DNA of 63,003 nucleotides, counting the filler, from Choristocarpus tenellus KU-1152 (lineage: Eukaryota; Protista; Phaeophyceae): NCBI GenBank assembly GCA_964200185.2. It is 11 parts of 11 records of this genome, joined end to end, with 100 filler letters (N's around TTAATTAATTAA, not from the genome) between each part and the next. Parts side by side here need not be neighbours in the genome. Positions count along the whole stretch, not along the records: positions 1 to 6,824 come from CAXNAD020007267.1; positions 6,925 to 11,719 come from CAXNAD020013033.1; positions 11,820 to 14,536 come from CAXNAD020025344.1; 8 more parts are not named here. One strand, written 5' to 3'. The position numbers and the translations under genes are program-made. The notes under the pieces were generated by a model. That model was not told where the DNA came from. It saw only the letters and a list, made by a program, of their open reading frames with translations, and searched no databases. Shown one piece after another: positions 1 through 12,107 of the stretch. Position 1 is the first letter of the stretch. Each line of letters starts with the position of its first letter.

Positions 1-36
1 GTGTAGATCCCCCCCCCTCCCCAGATACTTTGGGTC
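1..36. mobile_element. MITE family B, terminal fragment at the start of the window
   Basis: GTGTAGA-polyC-AGATACTTTGGGTC matches the long end of the complete B copies at 2315 and 7764. Confidence 0.8.
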
Positions 37-759
37 GAGAACAACTTAGTCAAGCTGTGCAAAGATTGGGTCAAGGCCAAGAATTTGCAAGCCAACTAAT
101 GGAGCACGGATATGACAGGGTAGGGATCTAGTGGAAGCTTGACCAATTTCCATGGGATTTTTTAGTGCTGTGTGTTGAAACTGTTGGGGGCAGAGGAAGG
201 AGTTTGGGACTGGGGCTTGGGCTAGGCATAGCACATGTTCAGGGGCATGGGCCTGTTGGCAGTCCCACAGCAATATGCCAACGATTTCCTGGACTGCATG
301 TGCATGCATTGGTTTATAGATTCTCATACATAGTTTGATAACAACTGGACCAGTAAGACAATACAAAGGGAGATGCGAAAAATATATAGAATACCAAGTA
401 CGACGGAGTGGCTGACCTAAGGTAGACAAGCAGAGAAGAAGAAAAAATACAAAAGGAATAGTACAATAATTAAAAAAATTGATGCATCAATAAATAATGA
501 AGAATTATAGGAGAGATTCAAACACAACAAGGGAGAAAAGGTCTATTCGTTCATATCTGAGCAAATATCTGCTCTTGTATTAGGGATCACGAGCCCAAGG
601 AGGGGCATTTATCCACTCACAGTCACACATCAAAGAACCGAGTCCCGTCCTGTACACATATAGATACTACCACCAGTACCAAGAGGGGTATCCTACCTCA
701 GATCCCATTCCCAACCCAAAGCTCAACAGGCAGTGACATGCATGCATATTTGGCGACTA

Positions 760-1150
760 TCTGTGGCCTCTTTCACATTGCAAGCTGTGACTGCGTCGGC
801 CTCCTTAGCATACCAGACATCCATGAAGTATTTGGCTCCATACTCCACACACCTGTGTAACATGTGCTTGGGTCTTCTACAAGCACATCCCACTCTTCAG
901 CTGAGATCCTAAAAGTTAAGCTTGTCTTAAAAGCATGGCCAAAACTTTTTCTTTGATTTTTATATTCTTCTCCTTCGATTCCTCAACTGTAAGTCCTCCA
1001 ACCATCAAGTTCTTGGGTAAGCAAGCAGATTGTCCATGCACTCAACAACACTCGAATAGGATCCCTAATACTTCACTTAGCACTTGATGTCTTCTCATTT
1101 CCCAAATCGACATTGTACCCAGTATCAAATGGTCAAGCCAGCAGTTCGTA
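760..1150 (-). mobile_element. Degenerate 3' part of a non-LTR retrotransposon (RTE-like) ORF
   Basis: Frameshifted minus-strand translation (LPKNLMVGGL...AEEWDVLVEDP...EYGAKYFMDVW) resembles the post-RT C-terminus of RTE-type LINEs. Recognised from memory, not searched. Confidence 0.45.
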
Positions 1151-2314
1151 CCAGTTGTACACTTTCTTCCTCCCTATTACTCCCACTGCCCTTCCTTTGA
1201 CCCTGCAGTAAGGTTTTCACTGGCCTGTGCTATGCAGACAGGCTTGCAAAAGTGTTTGAGGTCCTTGCTGCTGGCATTTCACCGCCACCACCTGAAATTC
1301 CAGCTTCAATCCCTGCAACTACCCAAGATGGTGACCAAGCAACTCAAACAGGCTGCATGGAAGGATCTGAACAGAGATCTACAAGTGGTGTAGATACTAG
1401 TAGGGGACAGGATCAGACTACAGGGGCATGTGGTGGAGGTTTTGGTGGAGGATTTGTGAAAGCAAGCTACTTTGGAGAGTGCATGGCAAGTCTCCCCTTC
1501 TGGCAGCACCTAGGCACAATGAGGTCATGCCTGCTAGTAGACTGTCGGACACCATCACAGTGGAAGCCCGAGCAGTTTCCACCAACAAATGAGGTAATGG
1601 GGGCATGGGGTGCTGTGAGAGGAAGAGGATTGTTGTTAATGATGATGGTGTTGATATGTAGTCAATGGTATGGATACTTATTTTTGGCTAATTGATTTGA
1701 CTGGGATACCCAGACCTGCTCTGCCGATGATGAGCACACATAAGAATTAATTGTATCAACAAATAATGACAAGAACATTGTGATTGATACCGCCTGCACA
1801 TAAACTCGTGTCTTACTAACACCACCTTCCTAATGTGCTTTAATCCCTCCTCAACCAACTCAAAATCTCTAAGGAGCTGTGGGGTCCATCACGGACTGGC
1901 CATCGGACACTGGCCAACCATCCCCGCACAGGGGTAGCATCTGCTAGGAAAGAATTAGAGAAAATTCTTGGAGAGGGAAAAATTCTGAGGTGAGATTATT
2001 ATAATGTGCGAATGTTGGTGGATATAGAAACTCCGTCCTCATGTAGATGGACATGTTGCACTTATCGAGCACTCTGCAGATTGTCATAGCTAAGGCGAGC
2101 AGACTCTTCATTGGTTGATATTGTTGAGAGCAAGGTCCACAGGATTTCCTTCCCACATCCTCCATAGTTGTCTAAGCCATGCAGGTGGTAGACATCCACC
2201 TACAAGTCTCGACAAGATCAAGAATAGCTGGGAGAAGGGGCGGAGAAAGTTTTGGAGTGAATGCATTATATGACTCATTGTCATATAGAGACTATTCCGT
2301 TGGTCAAATGTTAA

Positions 2315-2489
2315 GGCTCAAACTATCTGGGGGGGGGGGGTCTACACCAGGGAGCCCAGTTGGGCCATGACCAAGAAAGGGCACTTACATTATCCATCTG
2401 ACGTATGTAACCAAATCACGCGAAAACTGCCACATGAAAAAATTACCCCGAAATGGACAGCTGCAACCCCCCCACAGATACTTTGAGCC
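2315..2489. mobile_element. MITE family B, complete 175-bp copy
   Basis: TIR GGCTCAAAcTATCTG(G)n ... (C)nACAGATACTTTGAGCC, with TAA on both flanks. Confidence 0.9.
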
Positions 2490-3469
2490 TAATCTCACAC
2501 GATTTCCTAGCCCTCAAGCTTTGCGTCTCATCTACTAATAGTCAAGTCACAGTTTCAGTTCTTGTTGGTCTAGGCTGGGGTCATTTCCAAAACTGTACCC
2601 AACGAGCTGGCAAAAATTATGATGCAAGTGAGTATTCAGGGAGCAAAGCAAAACTGGGTCACACTGTTGTTGTGTTTGTTGTCACAGATGAAAGAAATTT
2701 CACACCAAAAAGAAGCAACTCTACGCATATTATCCACCAGACTCTTAGCCATCTTTTTCCTGGCTTGAGTGAAGGCCGGACTCCTTTACTTCTAGGAGAT
2801 TGATAACGTGAGAAAGGACCATCATGTACCACATGAATGTGGTGATCGGGTAACTAGCTGGAAGCCATAGGTGTTGGACATTTGGACTCTGGTTAATGCA
2901 TCAGTGTCGTTGTACACACACTCACACACAAGAAAGGCAGACATGGAGAGAGGTGGTGAATAGCACAGGGTGTATAGCAAAAGAAGCAGGATGAAAATAA
3001 TGCACAAAGGATAGACAGCACATGTGTTCTTGGCATTCATATACAGTAGCCCCGATGGCAGGTCTACTCAGGACCAATCACTCTGTCACCTTCTGACACC
3101 ACAAATGTTGAATCCTGCTTGCCAGACCCTTGGCTGCCCACCTTGCCCAGCAAAACCAGGAATCCTTGATATTGGATGAGTAACACGGCATGAAATTGGA
3201 AATATGACTGCATTGTTGAAAGTGGCAGTGTGTTGTTTTTGTTTAGTGCATGTACTTAGGACTGTTGCTACTTATATCCTTGAGCAGGCCCTCCTGCGTA
3301 TCCTTGCCTTCCTCCTAACCGGGCAAGTCAACTGACCCTGCCAATTCGACTCTCAACACTCTTGCAATTTTAGCGTTGCTCTGTTGATATCTCGAATGCA
3401 TTGTAGACAGAACAATTCTAGTGTGGGCCATCCACTACAGCTGAAGCTTCCCCACTCTCTTTGTGACAG

Positions 3470-5519
3470 TTCAGAGTAACTGCTGAGTGCCCTCCTTCCT
3501 CGCGACTTGTATTCAACCTTGCATCAACACCTGAGCACAGGGAATCTGCATTGACCTTCGAACGTCTTGACCGCTTTGCTGAGAGCAATAACGTGGAGAC
3601 AGTGGGGAGGAGGGAAAGGGACAAGGAAAAGGAAGCGACAGAGACCGGACGAGCAAGAAGTGACTTCCCTGGTACCCCATCTTCCCTGCCAAAACATTCT
3701 TCTGTTCAGCACCCCAGAGGCATGATGGACGTTGACAATCGGCCATCAAGAGGAGGAAGATATCCACATTTCTTCTATGGGTTGAGGCCAGAATTCAGAC
3801 ACCTTTTTGTCATGCTTCATGTCCGGAACAGGGCACTGTTCCAAGGTATTCAACCTGCAGTCGGGCAAGGGAACAAGATTGAAAAGGGCATTGGAGAGAT
3901 TAGAGAGGAGATTGCAAAGGGGACCTCAGATACCTTACATCCTGATGATGCCTGTGCTAAAGATGACAGGGGCACAGAAGATAGCAAAGTTGATGAAGTT
4001 GTTCCCCTCTCTCCAGAGGGTAGCTGTGCAAGTGTTGCTGCAAGTCATCTCGCACCTTCTGACGGTTCTAACCTACCACAACCACAGCCCCCACCCACTT
4101 TCATGTCTAGGCCATCTAACAGAGAAGCAGTAGGAGAGGGTGGTGTAGCAGAGGTAGTCCGCAGAGCTGGAGAGACTTTCAATGCCTCATTGCCGAATTT
4201 CCTCACGGGTGTTGCAAAGGACCCTGAAACCAAGGCACTGGAAATGCACGTATCTCTCCTCCAGCAGCTCTCTGAGGCAGCTACCCGCCTAGGCAGGGCT
4301 CGGAGATTGACAGCAATGGGAAAGGCTGCTCGCCGCACTGCCCGCCGCCATCGTGCTGCCATATGTATCCAAAGGTGCTTCCGGGGAAGACTAGGACGTC
4401 TCTATGCCGAGGCTTGGTGCTGGGTTTCTGCAGTGGCTGCAACAAAGATTGCTGCATCTGCCCGTTCCAGGGCTGTCCGCCTTGCTTACATTCCTTGGAG
4501 GGATCAGTGCCGAACTGCCGCTGGGAAGATACAGGCACTATTCAGAGGGCATGTGGCTCGGCAATTCTATTGCTGGGTCCATGTAAACTATGCATCAGCC
4601 AGGGATATACAACGTATTGTGAGGGGATTTCTTGGACGTCGAGATGCCCGCCAACGGCGGCAACGGGGTGTGTGGCCAGGGTTGTACCCAGGTTTTGATC
4701 GCAAGATGAAGGTGGTACGGGAGGCAAGGAAAGGGAGGGGTGGAGGAGTTACAGCGGATAGAAATTGGAGAGGAAACAAGTTGATTAGACGGGAACAGAG
4801 AGGTCAGGAGAGTTCCGTGTGGCGGGGTGCCTGGGTTGAGCTCGGTGTCCCAGCACTGTTAAATATACAACGTGCAGTTCGGGGTTTTTTGGCAAGAAGA
4901 CGGTGTATCCGGCTCCGAGCAGGGGCAGTTTGGAGGCAAGTGGTGGTACCATCGGCTGGTGTGCTGCAAAGGGTATACCGGGGAAGGTTGGGGAGGAAAG
5001 TCAGGGACAGGAAGATCCTTGAGATAGCCTGCATCACCTGTATTCAGGTGACACCAGGGACATGGATGGAGTTGAAGCAGTCTGTATGGTAATTATGCCA
5101 GGGGGAGTGGTGTGGAGGGGTGAGGAGAGGTAGGAAAAGGATCGTCATTGTGGGATGGAGCCTGAATGAGGACACGTTTGTGTGATGGGTCCATTAGTGA
5201 GAAAGCAATATGATGATCCCTCCCCTTCCAAGCCAGGAATATAGTCTTTGGTATCAATTTTCTGACAACGAGGATATTTAAGCTGTATGTTAGCTGGGAT
5301 AACTACCTTCCTACCTAGTATCCTTGGTGTCGTTGATTCATGTAAACCTGACAATCATTTCTCCACAGTCTACTTCATTTACCACTCCCGACCTATCGTT
5401 ATTGTTTACTCATGTACCTCCCTGGAAAGCGACATATCCGCGGTTACATTCGGCGTAAGTGGTGGGCAAAAATGGTGCAATGGCTGTTAGAAGAGGCCAT
5501 GTCAACTCGGTTGCAGAAG
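3470..5519 (+). CDS. Multi-IQ-motif (calmodulin-binding) protein, partial. Exons 3470-5047 and 5430-5519; possible upstream exon 3288-3322
   Basis: 526-codon open exon bounded by AG/GT, with repeated IQxxxRGxxxR motifs (IQRCFRGRLGR, IQALFRGHVAR, IQRIVRGFLGR, IQRAVRGFLAR). The phase-0 splice rebuilds another motif, CIQ|RHIRGYIRR. Confidence 0.85.
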
Positions 5520-6149
5520 GTAAGGATGGGCATGGAGGAGAGCACTGCACGAAGGTCATGCCAAGGTATCTATTGTGAAACGATTCTTTTTTATCTCTGT
5601 ACTCTATTAGTTGCTTTCTGTTTGATGTTTGCTATGCCCTTGAGACTGTCATTCATTACTACTAATACCAAGTATGGGAAAGTCATAATAATCAATGGTG
5701 TAGATATTGATAGAGAGGAAGGACAAAAAAAATCGATTTCGGTGGAAGGGTCAACAAGTGGCTCTGCAGGAGGATAAAGAAGGTGAGGATGAGGATGATA
5801 TGGGCGGGAACAAGATATTATGGCAAGGTTGTTGCATTCTCGTGTGCCTGAACAAGGAGTTATGTCTTGAATGGAGGCACTTTGAAGTAGTTTGCGTTAG
5901 TATTAGTACCACACACAATCCTCTCTGTGCTGGTAAAAAAATACATACAACTCTGCCAATTAGTAGTATGCATTTGGTGCGGTATTACGACTGTGCCTTG
6001 TGTAACTGCAAGGCATGTCTGGAGCAACTTACGTGGGCATGCCTTCTGGCACAAGGTATTACTTTGGTTGATTCACGTAGTCTCCCTGAACCTCTTGGTA
6101 ATGTGATCTCCAATCCTTCCCTCTATTTTTTTGGTTCCTTGGAGCAGCC

Positions 6150-6450
6150 AGAGATTATATATTCCAATGTCCTCCACATACACATCCGAGAGAAGTGAGG
6201 CATGCCGCATCCAGCAATTCGCAACTTCCCATCAAACCACAACCTTCTTGCCATGTCCACCTATCCAAAATGGCCCTTGGTGTGTGGATATAGTGAACAG
6301 AGCCTGATGGAGTATCTTTTCTCAGACAACTATTCTGTTGTTGTGCCACTAGCACAGGTGTTGAAAAGTTGTGGAAAGTGTACCCAGGAGACCACGAAAC
6401 CATTTTTTAGGATTTTCCCACTCTTTCTACTACTCGACTATCACTGCCCT
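6150..6450 (-). mobile_element. Possible decayed LTR-retrotransposon integrase fragment
   Basis: STPVLVAQQQNS resembles the TPQQNG.AER integrase motif. Many stops and frameshifts. Confidence 0.3.
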
Positions 6451-6824
6451 TAGTCTTTTTCCAATTATTTGCACACATCACTCTCCGGTACAACAAGGTG
6501 AGTAGGGGATACATTGACCGGCAGTTAATTTGGTTCTGGCGAGAGAAGAAGCGATTCCTGACAGTTGTGGAACCTGCTGTAGTGTTGCTACAAAGCCAAT
6601 GGAGGGGCTACACCAAGCGAAGGGATTTGGCCAGGTGAGAGGCAAAGGACTCAAATGCATAGCGGCAGAAGGGGAAAATGGATTCAACCTTAGGTTGGTC
6701 AGGAACCATACCAAGGTGTTATCTTACAGAGTCAAGGCCTGCCTTCCTACTTCTCCCCGCAATCCATTCCTCTCACCCTTTCCTTTGTTCCTCAGTCTAT
6801 ACCCTCCCCAACTGCACTACCCCC

Positions 6825-6924
6825 NNNNNNNNNNNNNNNNNNNNNNNNNNNNNNNNNNNNNNNNNNNNTTAATTAATTAANNNNNNNNNNNNNNNNNNNN
6901 NNNNNNNNNNNNNNNNNNNNNNNN
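6825..6924. other. Artificial contig-joining spacer N44-TTAATTAATTAA-N44. Also at 11720-11819, 14537-14636, 17494-17593, 23345-23444, 29957-30056, 42548-42647, 47877-47976, 53954-54053, 59357-59456
   Basis: The same 100-nt block occurs ten times, and its core has stop codons in all six frames. Confidence 0.98.
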
Positions 6925-6933
6925 AGGGAGCTC

Positions 6934-6964
<31 letters not shown>

Positions 6965-7050
6965 CTATACCAGGGTGTCCATTCGGACACTGACCAGGAG
7001 AAGTGTGCTTGCATTATCCATGCGACACATGCAATCAAATCGCAAAAAAA
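6934..7050. mobile_element. MITE family B, partial, at contig start
   Basis: Poly-G followed by ACCAGGGTGTCCATTCGGAC...CATTATCCAT, matching the B interior. Confidence 0.8.
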
Positions 7051-7078
7051 TTGCGCATTGTACCAATGTTCTATGGCA

Positions 7079-7102
7079 TTAAGGTTAAGGTTAAGGTTAA
7101 GG
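7079..7102 (+). repeat. (TTAAGG)4 telomere-like microsatellite
   Basis: Read directly from the sequence. Confidence 0.8.
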
Positions 7103-7330
7103 TGGCTGCTGAAAATACTACCAGTCAACGTTGATAAGTGATACCAAGATAAAGGGAATAGAATATGGGCTAGGGCAAGTAACTCTACACCCAGCTGGTC
7201 CAACAACGTCATAGAGATTGGGCTTACAATGCTCATTCTTGACCAGCCCCAAATCTTAGGATGAGCCTCATCACATACGAGAAAATGTTGGAGGGCATTT
7301 CCAGGTGGTATGAAGCTGGCTGTTTCTTGT

Positions 7331-7567
7331 GAGTCAAAGTAAATGAGAGGTACCCAGGGTTGGATTATAAGGATGTTGACAAATATGCACAGATTCGGCT
7401 TTTGTGTGTAGAATATTTTCTGAATTGTGTCGGAAAATTTTCGAACAATAGAAGAAATAATGCTCTTAAGTAAAACTTTGAAAATATGGGTAAATTGCAA
7501 CATTAAAAAAAAAAGACTTAAAACAAAAAACGACAAAAACCTGGGTATCTCTCGTTCACTTTGACTC
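7331..7567. mobile_element. MITE family C (237 bp)
   Basis: TIR GAGTCAAAGTAAATGAGAGGTACCCAGG ... CCTGGGTATCTCTCGTTCACTTTGACTC. Interior is similar to 11100-11336. Confidence 0.85.
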
Positions 7568-7763
7568 AATAATAATAATAATAGTAATAATAATAATAAT
7601 AATAATAATATTGATCATAGAGCAAGATGTTGATATGAGGGAGAAACGCAATTGAATGAGAGGTTTCTATCTGGCTAAATTTCTAGGGGTGTTGGTTGGT
7701 GGCATAGGGTGCAAAATAGGAACGAGGCATTCAAAGGGGAACACTACTTCAAACCTACTCATA

Positions 7764-7935
7764 GACCCAAAGTATCTGAGGGTCTACACCAGGGTGTCCA
7801 TTTATTTGGACCAAAGTCAGGAAACCTGCATTTACATTATCCATTAGAAGTACGCTACCAAATCACCCAAAAATCGCGACATGAAAAAAATTGACCCCAA
7901 CAGACAGCCACAACCCCCCCCAGATACTTTCAGCC
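7764..7935. mobile_element. MITE family B, complete copy
   Basis: GACCCAAAGTATCTG ... CAGATACTTTCAGCC, with ATA on both flanks. Confidence 0.9.
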
Positions 7936-8123
7936 ATATCTAAAACACATGCTTCTTACTTCTGCTTCTTCAGAACTAGAAATTACTGAGAGGAGAGCGT
8001 GATGAATTCCATGTCACATGGTGAATTCCACGTCATAGATTGCTTTCTTGAGTTCTTGAGAGAAGAAATTACACATTCCATGTCAACATCCCCAAAACCT
8101 TTGTGCGGCTTCATCATCCACAG

Positions 8124-11100
8124 ACAAAAACCCTACAGGAAAAAGTGTCTGAACTTGAAGACAAGTGGGCTAGTGTGGAACCTGAGCTTTCACAACTTCG
8201 ATCTATTGCTATGTCAGGCAATGGGTCAAGCACTTGGCTGGATCCTGGGCGAGAAGTTGGAAAACGGGACAAGAAGACAGTGGTGATGATGACACTTAGC
8301 CAAAACCCTGCCGTTGGGAAGGTCGACAGCCAAACACAATGCTGTTCTGGACAGGGTACGAACGATAACATTGTGTATTCCGCGAAGGATCCCGGGGTGC
8401 AAGAAATTCAAATTGTGCCTAGTGAGCTCTCAAAACCAATGGAAGGGCGAGGGGTGACTGTTGAGCAAGGAGAAAGTGTAGGCCAGGGTGGAAGAGACCC
8501 TACAGAGGTCGTCGCTGTCCCAGCTGTGGGAATGGAGAAGTCAAAGGGAAGGCTAGTTGCAGAAGACAGGTTGGACACGATGTGGAGAAAAGAAATGGTA
8601 CAACGCCAAGAAATATTATTGCAGAGTCTGAAGGAACTACTCGATGGAGGACAAAGTCAGCGGCTTACAGAAGTTGTTGTGGCCAACGAGCGCCTCCAAG
8701 GTCAAGTTCTGAAGATGGAAAGTGACAGAAGAGATGCTCAGTCTCTATGGAAGCAACAGGAGGATGAACTACGTCACAATCTAGAAGTGCAGGAAAATGC
8801 GACTGCTTGTCACAGAGAGGACATGATAAAAAAAGATGAAATGATCCAAGTTCTGCAGGGTGCGCTAGAAGCCAAGGGTGAGGTGAGGGCATTATAGTGA
8901 GGTTTAATTTGTTGACCGATTTATTGTGGATATATTATCTCGAGTCCAACGATGAACTGATGTGATCTGATTTGCACACCGATGACACCTTGGAGGGAAT
9001 GTTTTATTGACACAACAAGCACCATATATATATATATATATTAGTCTAAAGTGATGCTGACATCGGTACAATTATTTTATGCTAATACAATTGCATAGAT
9101 TTTACTCAATGCAACATAAACAGTTTCCATGATTCATTCGTATGAATGTTTCGTTCTGATCGAGATCCATACACCTCAATCTGTTCAATTTTGATGTCAA
9201 TTTTTTTGTTCTCGCTCTGTGATGGATAATCTTGGCTTGGTTCTTCTAGGCTGTATCCTACAGTTAGGTTCCAGCCTGGTATGTGAAGATGTGTTGGCCT
9301 AGTAACCTTGAAAGAATTGAGACTTCAAGGGGAACAACAACTATGTTAAGAGTCAAAGTATCTTAGAGGGTAGAGTCGCGTCCGTTTGGGAGCCAAATCC
9401 AATGTTGCGATTTTTTTGTAATTGTTGCTATCGTGTTTGTTAGGAAGTTTCAATAGCCTTGTTCCGGACCTACCTTTTCATAATGTATATACATTTTACC
9501 TACTACTCTGAAATATTTAGGAGTAGGTAAAATGTCATAAGAAACCCGTGGGAAGTCAAGTCACAAACCGACAAACAGGGCAAAACTCGTACCCTTTAAG
9601 ATACTTTCGTTCTAAACCTCGTTGAACAAGAGGTCAAGTTCATGACCTGGTTTGTGTTGCCAAAGTTTGGATTACTTTGAGTAATGTGTCTTTATTACAT
9701 GTTCAAAAAGTCTGCTTGATATCTTTTTCATTTTGAAAATGAGTCAAAGTATCCTAGAGGGTAGAGTCGCGTCCATTTGGGGGTCAAAATCCAATATTGC
9801 GATTTTGATGTAATTTTGGCGATTGTGTTTGTTAGGAAGTGTCAATATCTATCTTTTAGACAAACCTTTTCATGACGTATACGTCTTACTTACTCCGAAA
9901 CATTTGGAGTAGGAAAAAGTCATAAAAATACCCATGGGAAGCCAAGTCCCAAATGGACAAACAGGGCAAAACTCGTAACCTCTAAGATACTTTCACTCAA
10001 ATAACAAATTGATGCTGGTTGATTTGGGATACATGTGAACAGGCTCTATAGATGTGATCCCTGGATTTTTCAAACCCCATTCATTATCTGCCTCATCTTA
10101 CTCAGGAGCTATCCATAGCCTTGACTGACAAGATATCAGCACAGGATGATCTCCAGCAACAAGTAGATGTCCTGAACACACAGGTGTGGTGTAAATTGGT
10201 GGGGGCAGAACTAAAGAGGAGACTATGCATGTTCTCCATACTTCAAAATATGTATGTATGGAATGAGATTTATGTACAACACACAGTTGAGGCGAGGATT
10301 GGTCAGCCGTCCTTCTATCTACACAATAGAGTAAGAATATTTAGAGTTCATCTTTTTAGGAACACATTATAATGCTGATGTTGATCGAGTTGTTTTTCAG
10401 TCCGCTTTGGAATAGCTTTAGGGATATTTCTTAACCCAAAGAGACCAACAAGAATTTGAGGGGGTCAATGAGATTAGTTGATGGGCTATGCAAGGCTCTG
10501 CGGTAAATTGAAATGATGCTGTAGTGCTCCATAGCATAGTGAAACAACTCCATAGCACTTCACATTGTGACAAACTGAACTACAGCATATACAGCACTGT
10601 TGTTGCAACTCCTGTCCCCTTGCAGTTATTTTTTCTGTCTTCACTGACTTCTTACTCTTACCTAGAGCATGTGGGCTCCATGAAAACCCCTGAACTGTTA
10701 AGAGGGTTGGGAGCACGATGTTTTGAAAGTCCCTAAGATGATGGGTGGTGTGGCTGCGGCAAACAGAAAAAATAATAATAACACAAGAAAATATGATTTT
10801 TTTTTTATAGTCTAAGCTGCCTAATCGTTTTTGTTGCCCAGACAAAGATAGCCTTAAGCTGTCTGCTTTAACCAGTTCTGTTCAAAACTCTCTAAGTTTA
10901 AAGTTTTTTTTTATTAGCAATTAATCGGCGGGTGGTGGCAAAGGACAACAATATCGTTGTTCCACACTACAAAAGATATAAAGTTTGTTGACACTTCAAG
11001 AGGTTCCACTATACCATAATACTGATGGAGTCTCTTACTTTGCATGTCATAAGGATAAGCGACTATTGGACTTACCAGAGTGTTTGTAGTACAGCTGTTG

Positions 11101-11471
11101 AGTCAAAGTAAACGAGAGAAACTCATGTGCGAAACCGGTCTTTTTTTCCAATTGCATACAGAATATTTTCCGAATCGTGTCGAAAAGGTTTCAAATATTA
11201 GAGAAAACCAATCCTCTCAAGTCAAATTTAGCACTTCATCCATAAACATATCGGTGAATTGCAAGAGAATGAAGAAACTAGCATGTAGTGTGAAACAGCC
11301 AAAAACGTTCTGCGTACCTCTCATTTACTTTGTCTCTGTTGCCACTGTCTCATTCTTGCCATTTTCCATGTTTCATATCATGCCGTCATCAGGTGCAAGA
11401 ACTTGAGAAAGAGTGTGCACGGCACCAGCACCAAGTCACCACAGTACAGGCAATGCAGAAGCAGCTAGAAG
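8124..11471 (+). CDS. Coiled-coil protein, internal exons 8124-8882, 10106-10183, 11393-~11471
   Basis: AG/GT-bounded exons join in phase 0 and encode E/Q/K/L heptad-rich sequence (LQEKVSELEDK, LQGQVLKMESDRRD, LQQQVDVLNTQ, VQELEKEC). Confidence 0.7.
9350..9612 (+). mobile_element. MITE family A (~260 bp)
   Basis: TIR GAGTCAAAGTATCTTAGAGGGTA ... TACCCTTTAAGATACTTTCGTTC; flanks TAA/TAA. Confidence 0.92.
9741..9998 (+). mobile_element. MITE family A
   Basis: Same TIRs and interior; flanks AAAT/AAAT. Confidence 0.92.
11100..11336. mobile_element. MITE family C
   Basis: GAGTCAAAGTAAACGAGAG ... CTCTCATTTACTTTGTCTC; flanks TGTT/TGTT. Confidence 0.88.
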
Positions 11472-11479
11472 GTACTAAA

Positions 11480-11552
11480 CAGGCCAGATGCAAACTGACT
11501 CTGATATTATTCTGTGACCCTTGGGACAGATTCTCCCAAGGAAAACAAGGAT
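11480..11552 (+). repeat. Dispersed repeat shared with 52673-52742
   Basis: GACTCTGATA.TATTCTGTG.CCCTT.GGA.AGATTCTCCCAAGGAAAACAAGGA is present on two different contigs. Confidence 0.75.
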
Positions 11553-11553
11553 A

Positions 11554-11719
11554 GGCTCAAAGCATCTGGGGGGGTTGGTGGCTGTCCATTTGGGCCCAAT
11601 TATTTTATATCGCGATTTCTGGGTGATTTGGTTCCAGAAGTCGGATGGATAATGAAAGTACACTTTCCTGGTTATGGTCCAAATGGACACCTTGGTGTAG
11701 AACCACACACCCCCCCCCC
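11554..11719. mobile_element. MITE family B, truncated by the contig end at its poly-C
   Basis: GGCTCAAAGCATCTGGGGGGG...GTCCATTTGG, B interior, ending in poly-C. Confidence 0.88.
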
Positions 11720-11925
11720 NNNNNNNNNNNNNNNNNNNNNNNNNNNNNNNNNNNNNNNNNNNNTTAATTAATTAANNNNNNNNNNNNNNNNNNNNNNNNN
11801 NNNNNNNNNNNNNNNNNNNGGGGGGGGAAGTAAAGGCATGTTCCATATGGGTTTTGCTCATTGATTTGTGCGTGTGTGTGTGTGTGTGTTTGTTCTTTTA
11901 AGCCCTTGACAATCCACTACTACCT

Positions 11926-11956
<31 letters not shown>

Positions 11957-12107
11957 TATTTACGAAGAAAGTGTGCATGAACTTTTTTATGTTGAACCGT
12001 TGTTGAAGGCAAGTAAGAATAAAAATATAAAATTCGAAAAGAAAAAAAGAACAATTCGCAACCCCCTCCAACCACCAGATAAGACCATGCTGCACTCTTT
12101 TTCCCAC

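Noticed and set aside
1252-2300. ORF 1252-1695 or a gag-like remnant on the minus strand
   Set aside because: No intact motif or splice-consistent model, so it is too decayed to call.
6869-6880. Recurrent TTAATTAATTAA as a biological motif or piggyBac site
   Set aside because: It is always centred in 44+44 Ns, so it is a synthetic linker.
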